In this document: piece by piece, positions 26,026 through 35,583 of the stretch
Numbering within the stretch: the first letter of the stretch is position 1
How the letters are laid out: every line of letters begins with the position of its first letter
Virus record (IMG/VR): IMGVR_UViG_3300037602_000058
Span: 1 to 43,032 of that record
Reading direction: 5' to 3' (one strand)
Length of the DNA stretch: 43,032 nt
Source: a virus
Lineage: Duplodnaviria; Caudoviricetes
Program-made: the position numbers and the translations under genes
The notes under the pieces: model-generated
Databases searched by the model: none
What the model was told of the DNA's origin: nothing
What the model saw: only the letters and a program-made list of their open reading frames with translations

Positions 26026-26674
26026 TGCGTTGTGCTCCAAATTGCCCGTTTTCGAAATTCAGATAGATCGGATCAAACCCGAAAACATTGTCCGGGTTGA
26101 TCAGAATATTGATACCGACCCCCGCGGGGCGTGGCAAGAGGTCGAATTGTTCAAGTACTGCGATAACCTGCGACGGTAGAGCGGTTTCGAAAACATAAGT
26201 TGCCGTCATATCCCCGCCGTCCAGGACGTACCCTTGGCCAAACACGGACTGCAGAACAAAGTTCGTGTGGGGCACGCTGCCATCCGATACCAGCTGAAAA
26301 TAGCGCAGGCGCAGGACAAGGCGCTTTTGTTCCGTGGTCAAGCCGGCGACGCCCGCGCTATCCCGCCCGAAGTTGCCGTTTTCAAAGTTCGTGTTGAATT
26401 CCCCGAAGCCGAAGACTTCCCGCGCCCCTGTCCCGGGCTGCCCCAGCGACAACGGAACGCCCAGAATGACGCCCCAGACCGCGCAACCGAAATCGTTTGC
26501 CGTCGTGAGGTCGAAGACGTCCCGGCGCCAGCTTTCCCAAAATCCCGTCTGGTTTTCGGAGTACCACTGCGCTTTTGATGCGAGTAGGGATTGCAGCCCG
26601 GCCGCGTCCTCGTATTGCCACAAGATCGCCCGCAGTAGGTCAACCGAAAAATCGAATTGCTGGACCCGGTTCAT
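26018..26674 (-). CDS. baseplate wedge protein (DUF2612-like)
   Basis: ILWQY, FDLTTA..FG..VWG.ILG, LLPRPAGV; follows baseplate J. Confidence 0.85.
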   Translation of the reverse strand: MNRVQQFDFSVDLLRAILWQYEDAAGLQSLLASKAQWYSENQTGFWESWRRDVFDLTTANDFGCAVWGVILGVPLSLGQPGTGAREVFGFGEFNTNFENGNFGRDSAGVAGLTTEQKRLVLRLRYFQLVSDGSVPHTNFVLQSVFGQGYVLDGGDMTATYVFETALPSQVIAVLEQFDLLPRPAGVGINILINPDNVFGFDPIYLNFENGQFGAQRNG

Positions 26675-27870
26675 GTCGCCACCGTCACCGCGATATTTCC
26701 GGACAGCGCGACCGCCTTTTGCGCGATCGTGATTGGAATGGTGGCGCTGGAATATGTGATGCCATCAAGGCTCAAGGTCAAATCCGTGACGTAAACGGGG
26801 GCCACGGCACGGTTGACCGCGCCCGCGATTTCAAACGCCGACACGTCGCCGCCGACCACGAAACCGTCTTCGCCGTCCTGGTCGCCGTTGGCGTATGCCA
26901 GGATCGCCGCCCTTACTTCGCCGGGCACATCCGCGTAGGGCGCATTCGGGGCAACCGTGACACGCATGTATATGGGGATTTCTTCGGGCCGCGAGAATTT
27001 CACGTCGTACGCCTGCCCGCTATACGGCTCGATCACGGTTACCGTGGTCAACCCGTTCCAACCCGCGCCAATGGATTTTTTGCGCAAGAGCATAAGCGCT
27101 ATGTCGTTATCCAGCCCGCCGTCCACGCATGCGTAAACCGAATGGGGCGCCAGGTCCACGCCCTCGATCGTAATGGTGGCATTGGTGGTATTTTCCCGGA
27201 ATGACATGGACCGGACGCCGGGCAGATCGTTGACGCCCGAAACGATTGCTTCCGGCAACGACACGCCTTGCAGCGCGAGAGTGAGCCGCCGGCGGCGCTT
27301 GGAAGCGGCGTCACTCTCTTCCGTCGCGCCGGTTTCGGCCGCGTATGGGTTGGTGACGGTTTCCCATCCAAGGACGCCGGACACGATGGTGTCCAACGCG
27401 CCAACGGCTGCAGGGAAGTCGCCGGGTTCGACCGACTGAAAAACCCCCAGCCCCTGCCCGGAACCGTCCAAAATCACCGTGCTTGCCAAAGCGAATTGAG
27501 CCCCGCCGGCGCCCACGCTGGCGATCGCACCCGCGGGAATGATGGTCGTGGGCACGCCCGCCAGGATGGCCCCCCGGATAACCGATGGCGTGCCCGGGAA
27601 GCGCGCGCCGCCCGTGAGTTTCCACACCGCGTCCAAGAAAACGCCGCCGGCAAGATCCGGGTTGATCTGGTTTGCCAGCGCCGCGTTATTGCGGGCCACC
27701 GCGTCGCGGCTTTCCGTTTCCGCGGCGATCAACACGCCCTGCGGCGTTTCGGGGCTCACGTCCAAATCATCCCCGAAAGCCGCGCGGTATTCGTCCCGCA
27801 CCTGCTCGAGCGTTTGGGATGTATCCGGGACGATCACGCCAGTTTCAACAATGAAATTGTAATCAGCCAT
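26671..27870 (-). CDS. baseplate J/gp47-like wedge protein
   Basis: TPQG.LI, NPD.A.GVFLD, GWETVTNP..A..G...ESD, PHSVYACVDGG. Confidence 0.9.
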   Translation of the reverse strand: MADYNFIVETGVIVPDTSQTLEQVRDEYRAAFGDDLDVSPETPQGVLIAAETESRDAVARNNAALANQINPDLAGGVFLDAVWKLTGGARFPGTPSVIRGAILAGVPTTIIPAGAIASVGAGGAQFALASTVILDGSGQGLGVFQSVEPGDFPAAVGALDTIVSGVLGWETVTNPYAAETGATEESDAASKRRRRLTLALQGVSLPEAIVSGVNDLPGVRSMSFRENTTNATITIEGVDLAPHSVYACVDGGLDNDIALMLLRKKSIGAGWNGLTTVTVIEPYSGQAYDVKFSRPEEIPIYMRVTVAPNAPYADVPGEVRAAILAYANGDQDGEDGFVVGGDVSAFEIAGAVNRAVAPVYVTDLTLSLDGITYSSATIPITIAQKAVALSGNIAVTVAT

Positions 27871-28204
27871 CTATGGTTCCAGTCCCGTAAATCGTGGTGA
27901 TGGTTGCGGAATACCGCATGGCGTCGCCGATTTGTTCGGTTGTCAGGTCGTCGATCGACACGACCCCGGAAACGCGGCCGATACGATCCCGGAAAGCCGC
28001 CTCGAACGGCGCCGTCGTGGGCGCCCCCACCCAAACGGTTTCAAAATACGGCATGCCCTGGTCTTGCGCGAAAACCATTTCGCCCAATATCGCTTGAGCC
28101 GCGTGCCGGCAGACCAAAAGCACGGCGTCGATGTCCGACGCAAACGCGAGCGACCGCCCGGAAAGCAAAAAATCATTCGTACCGGTAGTGGCGAACGTGA
28201 TCAA
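27863..28204 (-). CDS. baseplate wedge/sheath initiator (gp46/gp25-like)
   Basis: GEMVFAQDQGMPYF, VSGVVSI, ITTIYG; synteny. Confidence 0.8.
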   Translation of the reverse strand: MITFATTGTNDFLLSGRSLAFASDIDAVLLVCRHAAQAILGEMVFAQDQGMPYFETVWVGAPTTAPFEAAFRDRIGRVSGVVSIDDLTTEQIGDAMRYSATITTIYGTGTIDG

Positions 28205-28848
28205 ACCGGTTCTCCCGTATTACCGCCGCCGGGCGTTACGCCGTCGTGGATGTGGGTATCCCCTATGTCTTTGCCGTTGTGGGTGACCGTGCCGCCCGTC
28301 TGGGCAAACCCGGCCGCCGTGAGCGTAAATTCGGTCCCACCAACGTTAAAATAAAACCCGTCGCCGTCAAACGCAAGAAACGAACCCCCGTCATTCGAGC
28401 CGATCACCACGCGGTCGCCCTGCCCCGCGGGCGCGTCGCCGTTGGCCATGGCGTCGGGCATAAAAAGCCCGTCCTGAAACGAATGCATGCGCGCCGTGTT
28501 TGGGGCGCCTTCGGAAAGCCCCTGCTGAAAAACCGAAATATCCCGATCCGCCGCCATCAACCAACCCTTGTCCCCGGGTTTGATCGGCAACGAAATGCTG
28601 AAAGCCCCGTTGCCCGGCTGCATGACGCGGATGCTCGCAACATTGGCGCGGCTCACTTTTTCCCCGTTGGCGCCTTCCATCTGCACTAGATGCTTGATGG
28701 TTGCGCGGTTGGTCGCGCGGTCGTACCCGACAACTTCAACCGGTAGCATGACGTTTAGGTTCTGCAATTCCTTGCGGATCGCGGTTTTCATCACGCCGGC
28801 AAGGCTGCTTTCATCGGCCGGCCGCATACTGGGCGTTTGGTTAACCAT
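28201..28848 (-). CDS. baseplate central spike (Gp138-like)
   Basis: LPIKPGDKG....DRDIS, RMHSFQDG, terminal HIHDGV..GG.NTG iron-binding tip. Confidence 0.9.
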   Translation of the reverse strand: MVNQTPSMRPADESSLAGVMKTAIRKELQNLNVMLPVEVVGYDRATNRATIKHLVQMEGANGEKVSRANVASIRVMQPGNGAFSISLPIKPGDKGWLMAADRDISVFQQGLSEGAPNTARMHSFQDGLFMPDAMANGDAPAGQGDRVVIGSNDGGSFLAFDGDGFYFNVGGTEFTLTAAGFAQTGGTVTHNGKDIGDTHIHDGVTPGGGNTGEPV

Positions 28849-28854
28849 CGGTCG

Positions 28855-29682
28855 TTACTCGTTTCGTTCGGCTTCGATATTGAGATACCACGGCGCGTCC
28901 CGACTAGCCAAATCAAAATCTATTTTGAAAATGGTGTATGGCCCATCGAGCGCCGGGTTTAGCTCGCTTCTCAAGTCGACTTGGCCGCCCAGATCGGTTT
29001 GCAGGTCAAACAAAATTTGCACGCTCACGCCGCGTTCCGTCGCTTCCGGTATTCCGATCATGCCCGACGTGTTGTTGATCAGCTTGACGCGGTTCTGCAG
29101 GGGCTTGCCGCGGTCTTTTACAACGAAGGTTTCATCGTCCAGATAGGCGTCCACGCCCCCGGCTTCGGCCACCGCGTCAACCTGCCGGATGGAAGCGCCG
29201 GAAAACGAATAGTTGGCAATGAACTTGTCTTGCGCCTCGAACACCAACGACGCGCCCAGGTCCCCCGCCACCCTTTCCGCGATCGTCGAAAGCTTTTCCT
29301 TGGCTTCCCCCGACCGCGCGACCAATTCGCCTTTTTTGAACGCCCCCGTTTGCGCCTTCATATTCAAGCCAATGTCGGGCGGTTGGGTCGGGCTGCTTGA
29401 AATGATGTCGCCGACAAAGAGCCGGGCGGTGCCCGTGGATACGCGGCCCGCCTCGATAATCAGCTTTTTGGGCGTGCGGTTTTTGTTGAACGGGCTTGTT
29501 TCTGTAAGGATGTAATTGCGGACCGGTTTGGACAGGTTCGTGATAGTCACATCCGCGCCGTTTTTGGTGTCGCTTACCCCTTTCGACCCCTTCGCGGTGA
29601 TCGCCAGGGGGCTTTCATACCATCGGATTTCGCCGGAAACTTCGACGCCGACCCGCAAAATTCTTTGGTCGATCGCGCTCAT
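28855..29682 (-). CDS. baseplate hub protein
   Basis: ITNLS, IEAG......LFVGDI, SGMIGIPE, PWY; synteny; ATGA start 29682. Confidence 0.8.
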   Translation of the reverse strand: MSAIDQRILRVGVEVSGEIRWYESPLAITAKGSKGVSDTKNGADVTITNLSKPVRNYILTETSPFNKNRTPKKLIIEAGRVSTGTARLFVGDIISSSPTQPPDIGLNMKAQTGAFKKGELVARSGEAKEKLSTIAERVAGDLGASLVFEAQDKFIANYSFSGASIRQVDAVAEAGGVDAYLDDETFVVKDRGKPLQNRVKLINNTSGMIGIPEATERGVSVQILFDLQTDLGGQVDLRSELNPALDGPYTIFKIDFDLASRDAPWYLNIEAERNE

Positions 29683-30305
29683 GCCGCGTCGTACCATCGG
29701 CGCAACGTCGAACCCTGCGGCGTGGGCGGCTGCGCGTTCGAGTAGGAGCTCGCGGCTTTACTCGCTTGTGACGTCGTGGCCGCCGTTGTCTGTTGCGCCC
29801 CCCGGTTGACCGTGGACGCCTGCGCGGGATTTTTCACCTGGGCGGGCGCCAGACCGGTTTTCGGCGAAACGAAACTTGCTTCGCGCAGCCGCAACCGGAT
29901 GGCGATGGCGTCGAACTGATCCGGCGTTTCATCGTGGGGCAGGTCCACAATTACCATATTGGGGTAAGAGCCGGTGCGGGTGCGCACCGTTAGAAGCGTG
30001 CCCGATTTAAACGCCGCTTTGATCGCCGCGTAAGTTGCCCGGTAGGCGAATTCCCCAACGCATACCAGCGGCAATTCGATTTCGACGGGCTGAAAAACAA
30101 TGTGGTCCGCGATCACCGCGCCCGTTTCCAGGGGGTGTTCCATCAAGTCGGCAAACTCGAACACGGACGCCGTCAAGGGGCGCGCGTTCCCGAACACCGG
30201 CACGAAACCGCCGGCGGTGATGGCCACGACGTCGACCGCGCGCGTGGGCGTGATCAACCCCCGGGCAAAAGTCGCGGCACCGGTAATGATGTCGGTGATT
30301 GCCAT
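29679..30305 (-). CDS. tail-tube initiator/Dit-like baseplate protein
   Basis: EHPLETGAVIADH...P, YPNMVI; directly after tape measure. Confidence 0.8.
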   Translation of the reverse strand: MAITDIITGAATFARGLITPTRAVDVVAITAGGFVPVFGNARPLTASVFEFADLMEHPLETGAVIADHIVFQPVEIELPLVCVGEFAYRATYAAIKAAFKSGTLLTVRTRTGSYPNMVIVDLPHDETPDQFDAIAIRLRLREASFVSPKTGLAPAQVKNPAQASTVNRGAQQTTAATTSQASKAASSYSNAQPPTPQGSTLRRWYDAA

Positions 30306-32245
30306 TACTTCGCCACCCCATCGTCGAATTGTGAAGCTGTTTCCCGCAGCTTGGATGAAAGCGCGCTGTCCACGGCCGCCGCCACGCCCCGGGCGTCCGT
30401 GGCTTGCGTGTTTACGGTCACGCCACCAACGTTGACCGTGTTGCGGACGTCGTTGTTTGTCACGGGCGGGGCGATGCTTTGCACCGTCTGCCCATTGATC
30501 GGGGAAGCGGCTGCCGCGCCCAACATGGCCTGCGCGCGCTGCACCTGGGCGGCGGGGCTGTTATCGTTGGCCGGGGGTTGCATGCCCCCGCTAACGTCCC
30601 CGCCGCCCCCGCCTTCGTTCGGCGTTTCCTCAACACCACGGATGTAGTCCGCCCACCCCCGGATCCGGCTTGCAACGCCCTTGATCCCATCGGCAACGGC
30701 CGAAATCTTCCCGCCTAGGGCGCCCATCGTTCTATCCCAAACAGCCATCACAAATTCAAACGCGCCCGCAAACCCGTTCTTGATCGCGTTGGCCGCGTCG
30801 GATACCGCGCCAGCGATCGGCGCGAGCCCATCCGAAATTGCCCGGAACAGGTCGAGCGCCGAAGCTTTGGCCCCGGCGAACCATTCCGACATTTGGGCGA
30901 AAGCCGGCGCCAAACCATCGGACAGCCTGGCGCCCAGCGCTGCGAGCAAATCCCCCGTAGCGCTAATCAATTCGCCCACGCCGTCCCATATCGGGGCAAA
31001 CTGCGCCCAGAATTCGCGCTGATCAGCGATGAACCCGGCAACCGCGCCCGACACGCCCTCCCACGCGTCCAGGATCGCCGCAATTGCCGTTGTGACGACT
31101 TGCACCGACGTGTCCCACGCGCTCGAAATCTCGTCGATCGACGTAACGGCAGCGTCTTTCAACCACCCGTAGCTGTCCCCGATCGCGGCAATAAGCGACG
31201 CGAACCACTCGTATTTTTCGGCAAGCGCCCCGATCAAAGACGGCTGCCCGTCCATGAACGCAATAACGTCCTCGTACGCCAGCGCGAAGGCCGCGCCCAC
31301 CGCTGCGATCGCAGCGCCAACCAGCAACAACGGCCAAAGCGCGGCGATGGTGGCCGCGGCCACCTGGACAAGCGCGGGCAAATAAACCCCGGTCAATATT
31401 GCCGACAACCCAATGAAAAACCCGGTAACCAACGTGCTGTTTTCAGAAACCCACCGCGCCACCGCCCCGAAAGCGTCAACCAGTTTCGTCACGGTTGGGA
31501 TGAAAAAATCCAAAATCTTGTTGCCGATGCTCGTCAACGCGTTCTGCGCGCGGCCCAAAGCCTCGTAATATTCGCGAACCTTTCGGGCCTGGTCTTCCGT
31601 GACCACGCCCAATTCCTTTTCCGCCGCAATGCGTTGCTCGAGCGCGGCGCGCCCTTTCAACAAAAGGTCGATCGTTGCGGCGTCCTCTATCCCCAGCTTT
31701 TTAATGCGGGCCAACGCCTCGGCCCGGCTCACACTCTCGAGATTTCCTGCAAGCTCCAGCATGGCGTCCGACGCGCCCAAAGCTTCGCCCTTGGCGTTTC
31801 GGAACGCCAGGCCCCAGGCTTCGAAGTCCTTGCGCGCCGCGCTCTCACTGTCGGCGAAGGCCTCGTTAACCTTTTCGCCCAGCTTGACAAGGCTGTCCAC
31901 GGCCGCGGCGGTTTCCCCGCCCAGGGCGGTAACAGACCTTTGGAACGCGTCAACGTCGGAAACGCTCGAGTTCAATTTACTTGCGAACTGGTCGAGCTCG
32001 CGAACGCCGGCAGCGCGGCCGATCGCGACGTTTAGAAGCGTTCCAAGCGATGCCATGGCCAAAAGCGGTGCGGCAATGCTCTTGGCCATGTTGAGGAACG
32101 ACGCCCCCACACCATCGGCGGCGCGATCGACTTTTTTCAGACCGTCCTCGGCCTTGTCGCTCGCGTCGTCGACCTTTTCAATGTCCGCGGCGGCTTTGTC
32201 CGCATCAGTTTTGAAAAGGATATAGAACGTGTCTAGGATGCTCAT
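30305..32245 (-). CDS. tail tape measure protein
   Basis: 646 aa, Ala-rich helical, hydrophobic segment, spaced W/F; follows chaperones. Confidence 0.9.
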   Translation of the reverse strand: MSILDTFYILFKTDADKAAADIEKVDDASDKAEDGLKKVDRAADGVGASFLNMAKSIAAPLLAMASLGTLLNVAIGRAAGVRELDQFASKLNSSVSDVDAFQRSVTALGGETAAAVDSLVKLGEKVNEAFADSESAARKDFEAWGLAFRNAKGEALGASDAMLELAGNLESVSRAEALARIKKLGIEDAATIDLLLKGRAALEQRIAAEKELGVVTEDQARKVREYYEALGRAQNALTSIGNKILDFFIPTVTKLVDAFGAVARWVSENSTLVTGFFIGLSAILTGVYLPALVQVAAATIAALWPLLLVGAAIAAVGAAFALAYEDVIAFMDGQPSLIGALAEKYEWFASLIAAIGDSYGWLKDAAVTSIDEISSAWDTSVQVVTTAIAAILDAWEGVSGAVAGFIADQREFWAQFAPIWDGVGELISATGDLLAALGARLSDGLAPAFAQMSEWFAGAKASALDLFRAISDGLAPIAGAVSDAANAIKNGFAGAFEFVMAVWDRTMGALGGKISAVADGIKGVASRIRGWADYIRGVEETPNEGGGGGDVSGGMQPPANDNSPAAQVQRAQAMLGAAAASPINGQTVQSIAPPVTNNDVRNTVNVGGVTVNTQATDARGVAAAVDSALSSKLRETASQFDDGVAK

Positions 32246-32475
32246 TTTTTAGAGGCGTCCTTATGGGCCAGCCATTGATTGAACTGCGACGTTACAATGA
32301 TTTCCCACATCACGAAAGCGTCTTCGAGACTATAGACGGCCCTCAACTCTTGGAGCGTGGCTTTTCCGTTTGCAACGATGTGGCCAATGAAGGGATCAAC
32401 GTTTGGGAAATCCACTGCACGGCCTTCTGGCTGAAACTCTCGAAGGAACCGGAGTTCAGCCCGTTGCCGAAAAAA
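32242..32475 (-). CDS. tail assembly chaperone, -1 frameshift extension (GT-like)
   Basis: ATLQELRAVYSLEDA motif; entered via T TTT TTC at 32469-32475. Confidence 0.7.
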   Translation of the reverse strand, partial: FFRQRAELRFLREFQPEGRAVDFPNVDPFIGHIVANGKATLQELRAVYSLEDAFVMWEIIVTSQFNQWLAHKDASKK

Positions 32476-32780
32476 CTTATGTTGTACTCCAATTGCGACC
32501 ACTCGAGCCGCGCCAGCGTTTCCCAGTCCGGCACGTGGTTATCCACAAGCGCGCGCGTCGTGAGGGGCAAATGCGCCCCTTCGGACGTGACGACCGCCGT
32601 GAACGCAAGCAGCTTTAACATAACCTCTTCGGACTGTTTGTAATCGCCCAGCTTCGGGACATTTGAAACCGGGTACTTGGTCACGATTTCCCGGCCTTGA
32701 ATGGCCGGGAACTTCGATATGACGTAAGTTTTTTCTTCGCCGGCCTGGGTCTTGAGCGTGATTTCTTTGGGCTCAATCAT
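32343..32780 (-). CDS. tail assembly chaperone (G-like)
   Basis: 145 aa between tube and tape measure; LEYNISFF. Confidence 0.8.
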   Translation of the reverse strand: MIEPKEITLKTQAGEEKTYVISKFPAIQGREIVTKYPVSNVPKLGDYKQSEEVMLKLLAFTAVVTSEGAHLPLTTRALVDNHVPDWETLARLEWSQLEYNISFFGNGLNSGSFESFSQKAVQWISQTLIPSLATSLQTEKPRSKS

Positions 32781-32980
32781 GCGTCGCGCGCCTTGATCAT
32801 CGCATCCGCAACGTCATACGCGGACGCCGCCATCTCATGCAGCGACGCCGACGCGGGGGCCTGGGAAAACACCACCGGCAGCGCGGCCATTGCGAATTCA
32901 TCCCGGCGGCGCTTGTGCTCGAGAATTTCGCGCACTTCGTCCGCGGTCATTCTTTCGTTTTCGATCGCTGTCGCGTCCAT
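32777..32980 (-). CDS. small moron-like protein
   Basis: RRDEFAMAAL...AYDVADAMIKAR; AGGAGTTGGCCAAATG leader. Confidence 0.75.
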   Translation of the reverse strand: MDATAIENERMTADEVREILEHKRRRDEFAMAALPVVFSQAPASASLHEMAASAYDVADAMIKARDA

Positions 32981-32995
32981 TTGGCCAACTCCTAT

Positions 32996-33032
32996 ATAAA
33001 AACCGGGCTCGCTTGATTGCGGCCCGGTTTTT
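32996..33032 (-). terminator. intrinsic terminator-like hairpin after tail tube gene
   Basis: AAAAACCGGGC...GCCCGGTTTTT with A/T tracts on both sides. Confidence 0.75.
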
Positions 33033-33061
33033 ATTTAACCGCTAAATGACGAAACCGTCAA
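33033..33061 (-). promoter_or_regulatory. promoter/operator palindrome
   Basis: ATGACG-AAAC-CGTCAA at 33046-33061; TTGACG-17-TTAAAT. Confidence 0.7.
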
Positions 33062-33501
33062 GAGCGGGCGAGGTTTTCGAAAGCAAACATGTAGGGTTTG
33101 GATTTCATCCGGCCCGACGCGGCCAAAGCTTTGCCCGGGATGCCGTCCGTAATCCGACCCTGCGACCATGTTTGCGTTGTCCCGTCGGGGTAAACCGCGG
33201 TCATGGTGATCGTGTCGCGCGCGCCGCGCTTGCCCCGGGCCACGCGGTTGGCTTCGAGCAACACGGACAAATTGCGGTCATCGTCGGATCCGGGGATGAC
33301 GTTGAGCGTTGTCAAAAGCGGGTTCGCCTTTGACCACACGACCAGATCGCCGTTGACGCCCATGGCCTTGTCCGCGATTTGCTGCTGCGGCACGTCAAGG
33401 CTGTCGCCGTCGTCGGCGAATTGGGTAATGGTGATCCCTGCCGGGAAAGTGACGGAAGCCACGATCTGGACGCGGATACCGAAAGCGGAAATGTCTTGCA
33501 T
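33058..33501 (-). CDS. tail tube protein
   Basis: 147 aa after sheath; [22 protein letters not shown]. Confidence 0.85.
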   Translation of the reverse strand: MQDISAFGIRVQIVASVTFPAGITITQFADDGDSLDVPQQQIADKAMGVNGDLVVWSKANPLLTTLNVIPGSDDDRNLSVLLEANRVARGKRGARDTITMTAVYPDGTTQTWSQGRITDGIPGKALAASGRMKSKPYMFAFENLARS

Positions 33502-33516
33502 TGAGGGGTCCCCCGG

Positions 33517-35016
33517 TTAGATCAGAACGTGCGAGCCTTCAACCTTACGGATCGCATCATCCTTGGCGTAAACCAGGGTGTAAACGATTTTGTATTCCGT
33601 CCGGCTGTCTTCCGTTACGTAGTCTTGGATTTCAGCGTCGAGCCAATACCCGGCGTTTTGCACCTGGTACCATGCGAGGTCGTCGCCGGTGATTGAGCCG
33701 ATAAACAGCTTTTGCGTGATGTTCAACGGCTTTTCGACGCTGATAACGCCGTTGAAAAGCGCGCGGTCGATCGCGTCTTGCAGAACGGCGATAATCTGCC
33801 CGCGGCCTTCGGCGTTTGCCGGCACCCGGCCGACCGAGAGAAGCAGCGACAGGATAACGGCGCGGGCCGCGTCCTTGAACCACATTTCATTCGCATAGGT
33901 GTTCTGGTCAACGGCTGCCGTCGACCCGCCGCCCATGACGCCGCGCTGATAGAACGAAATCAGCTGTCCGGCGGTTTGGGTCACGCCATAGTAGTTGATC
34001 CGCAGCGCGTCGAGTTCCGCGCTTAGGGCGTTCGTGCTGACCTTGGCGTCCAGGGTCATTTGCTGAAACATGTAGTTTTGAACCGCATTCCGGCGCGTGT
34101 AGTCGGTGGCGGCCAAAACGATCATGGGCACCATTTCGTCCCATTCCGTGGCGGTGGGCGCATAGGTAAGCGCGGTGCCGGCGATGCCGATCAACGCCGC
34201 GCCCAGGGCGGCCCGGTTGGTGTCGTCGCAGCGGATGCAGTACATGAATTCGATATTGCGCGCGGCGTTCCAGTTTGCGGCGGCCAAAATTTCATCCGTG
34301 GTAACCGTCGGCATGAGAAGAAACGAACCAAAGTTCGTGCTGGCATCGGCCGATGCCGTGAGCGCGTCGGCAATGGCGGTTACGTCAACGCCTGGCGAAA
34401 AGACCGCAGACGGCCCCCACCCGATCGCGGTTGCCACGTCATTGGCGCCGCCCGTGACAGTCACGGCGACGGGGGCCGCTTCGGCGACGGTACCCGTGAA
34501 ATTGAACGCGCCGGCTGTCGCGTCGTAAACCACGACCGCGGTCGCGAACTGATCGCCGGAAGCCGCACGGATGGCCGTTTGCAGGATGGTGGCGACCGCG
34601 GCAAAACTCGCTGCGCCCGAAAAGTCCAAGCCCGTAAGCGATGCGGTGTCCGCGCCCGCCGTGATCGACAGCGTGCCGGTTGAGAACGCCTGCAACGCCG
34701 TGAGCGTCGAAGTCAAACGCGTGCCGTAAATGCGGGGTTCGGATGCGGCATTTGCCCAGCGCGCAAACTGCAGTTTCTGCGGCGCCGTGATGTTCTTCGA
34801 CACGAACGAAAAATAGAACAGGGCGCGCGCATACTCTTCGGACGAAGACCCGAAGTACGACAGCGCGTCCGCCGGTTCCGTGATTTCCACAAGGCCGTCG
34901 ACGGGCACTTTCGGGTTATCCGTGAAAATGCGGCCGATCAGGTCGCGCTGTCGCACCGCCCCGTTACCGCCGACGCCGGACGTAATATCGACGTATCTCG
35001 AGATGCTGATTGTCAT
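33517..35016 (-). CDS. tail sheath protein (DUF3383-like)
   Basis: 499 aa; YFG..SEEY..A..YF, INYYG.TQ, YANEMWFKD, terminal IRKVEGSH. Confidence 0.9.
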   Translation of the reverse strand: MTISISRYVDITSGVGGNGAVRQRDLIGRIFTDNPKVPVDGLVEITEPADALSYFGSSSEEYARALFYFSFVSKNITAPQKLQFARWANAASEPRIYGTRLTSTLTALQAFSTGTLSITAGADTASLTGLDFSGAASFAAVATILQTAIRAASGDQFATAVVVYDATAGAFNFTGTVAEAAPVAVTVTGGANDVATAIGWGPSAVFSPGVDVTAIADALTASADASTNFGSFLLMPTVTTDEILAAANWNAARNIEFMYCIRCDDTNRAALGAALIGIAGTALTYAPTATEWDEMVPMIVLAATDYTRRNAVQNYMFQQMTLDAKVSTNALSAELDALRINYYGVTQTAGQLISFYQRGVMGGGSTAAVDQNTYANEMWFKDAARAVILSLLLSVGRVPANAEGRGQIIAVLQDAIDRALFNGVISVEKPLNITQKLFIGSITGDDLAWYQVQNAGYWLDAEIQDYVTEDSRTEYKIVYTLVYAKDDAIRKVEGSHVLI

Positions 35017-35019
35017 TTC

Positions 35020-35583
35020 CTAGACCCTTCCAAAATCCGGTTCAATCGTGATCGCCGGGGGCGTTGCGTCGCTTGTCAACTCTGGGTAAACGAGCGTCAA
35101 ATCGAAACTGGGCATAGCCTCATATTGATCGCTTTCGTTTACAAATTTCACGTTTCGGATTTCCGTAACCCGAAGGGGCCGAACGCGCTGCACTGCGAGC
35201 GCGGCCAATCCCGCGTCCAGTTGTAAAATATTCGCCGCGGCTTTGCAAATGTCATTCGCCGACGGCAGCGTGAGAAAATCCGCGGCTGTAGGGTCGCGCC
35301 GGGCAATAGCCCCAATCTGCAGCGTGTGTTCAATCCATTGGGTGTATTGGTTCGACATGTCGTCCGCGCCCGATCCGGCGCCGGGCTGCAGCACGTTGCG
35401 ACGCGGCGGCCCATACCGGCGGGTTAGGATGGTTTGCATCAAAACGGACGGCGTGGCCGGGGCGCCCAGTATGAGCGGTTCGCTCAACTGCCCCACCAAA
35501 ACGCCGGCGTAATCGCCGCCCAGGCCCTCGAACCCGTCAAGCAAAGTCGACCGAACCAACGTGAACAGCGCGTTTTCAAGCAT
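35020..35583 (-). CDS. tail terminator/neck protein
   Basis: FVNESDQYE..PSFD; directly upstream of sheath. Confidence 0.75.
   Translation of the reverse strand: MLENALFTLVRSTLLDGFEGLGGDYAGVLVGQLSEPLILGAPATPSVLMQTILTRRYGPPRRNVLQPGAGSGADDMSNQYTQWIEHTLQIGAIARRDPTAADFLTLPSANDICKAAANILQLDAGLAALAVQRVRPLRVTEIRNVKFVNESDQYEAMPSFDLTLVYPELTSDATPPAITIEPDFGRV

Noticed and set aside
1347-33061. Palindromes as host FNR/FixK boxes
   Set aside because: The FNR box is TTGAT-N4-ATCAA; these are TTGAC-N6-GTCAA, 2 bp longer.
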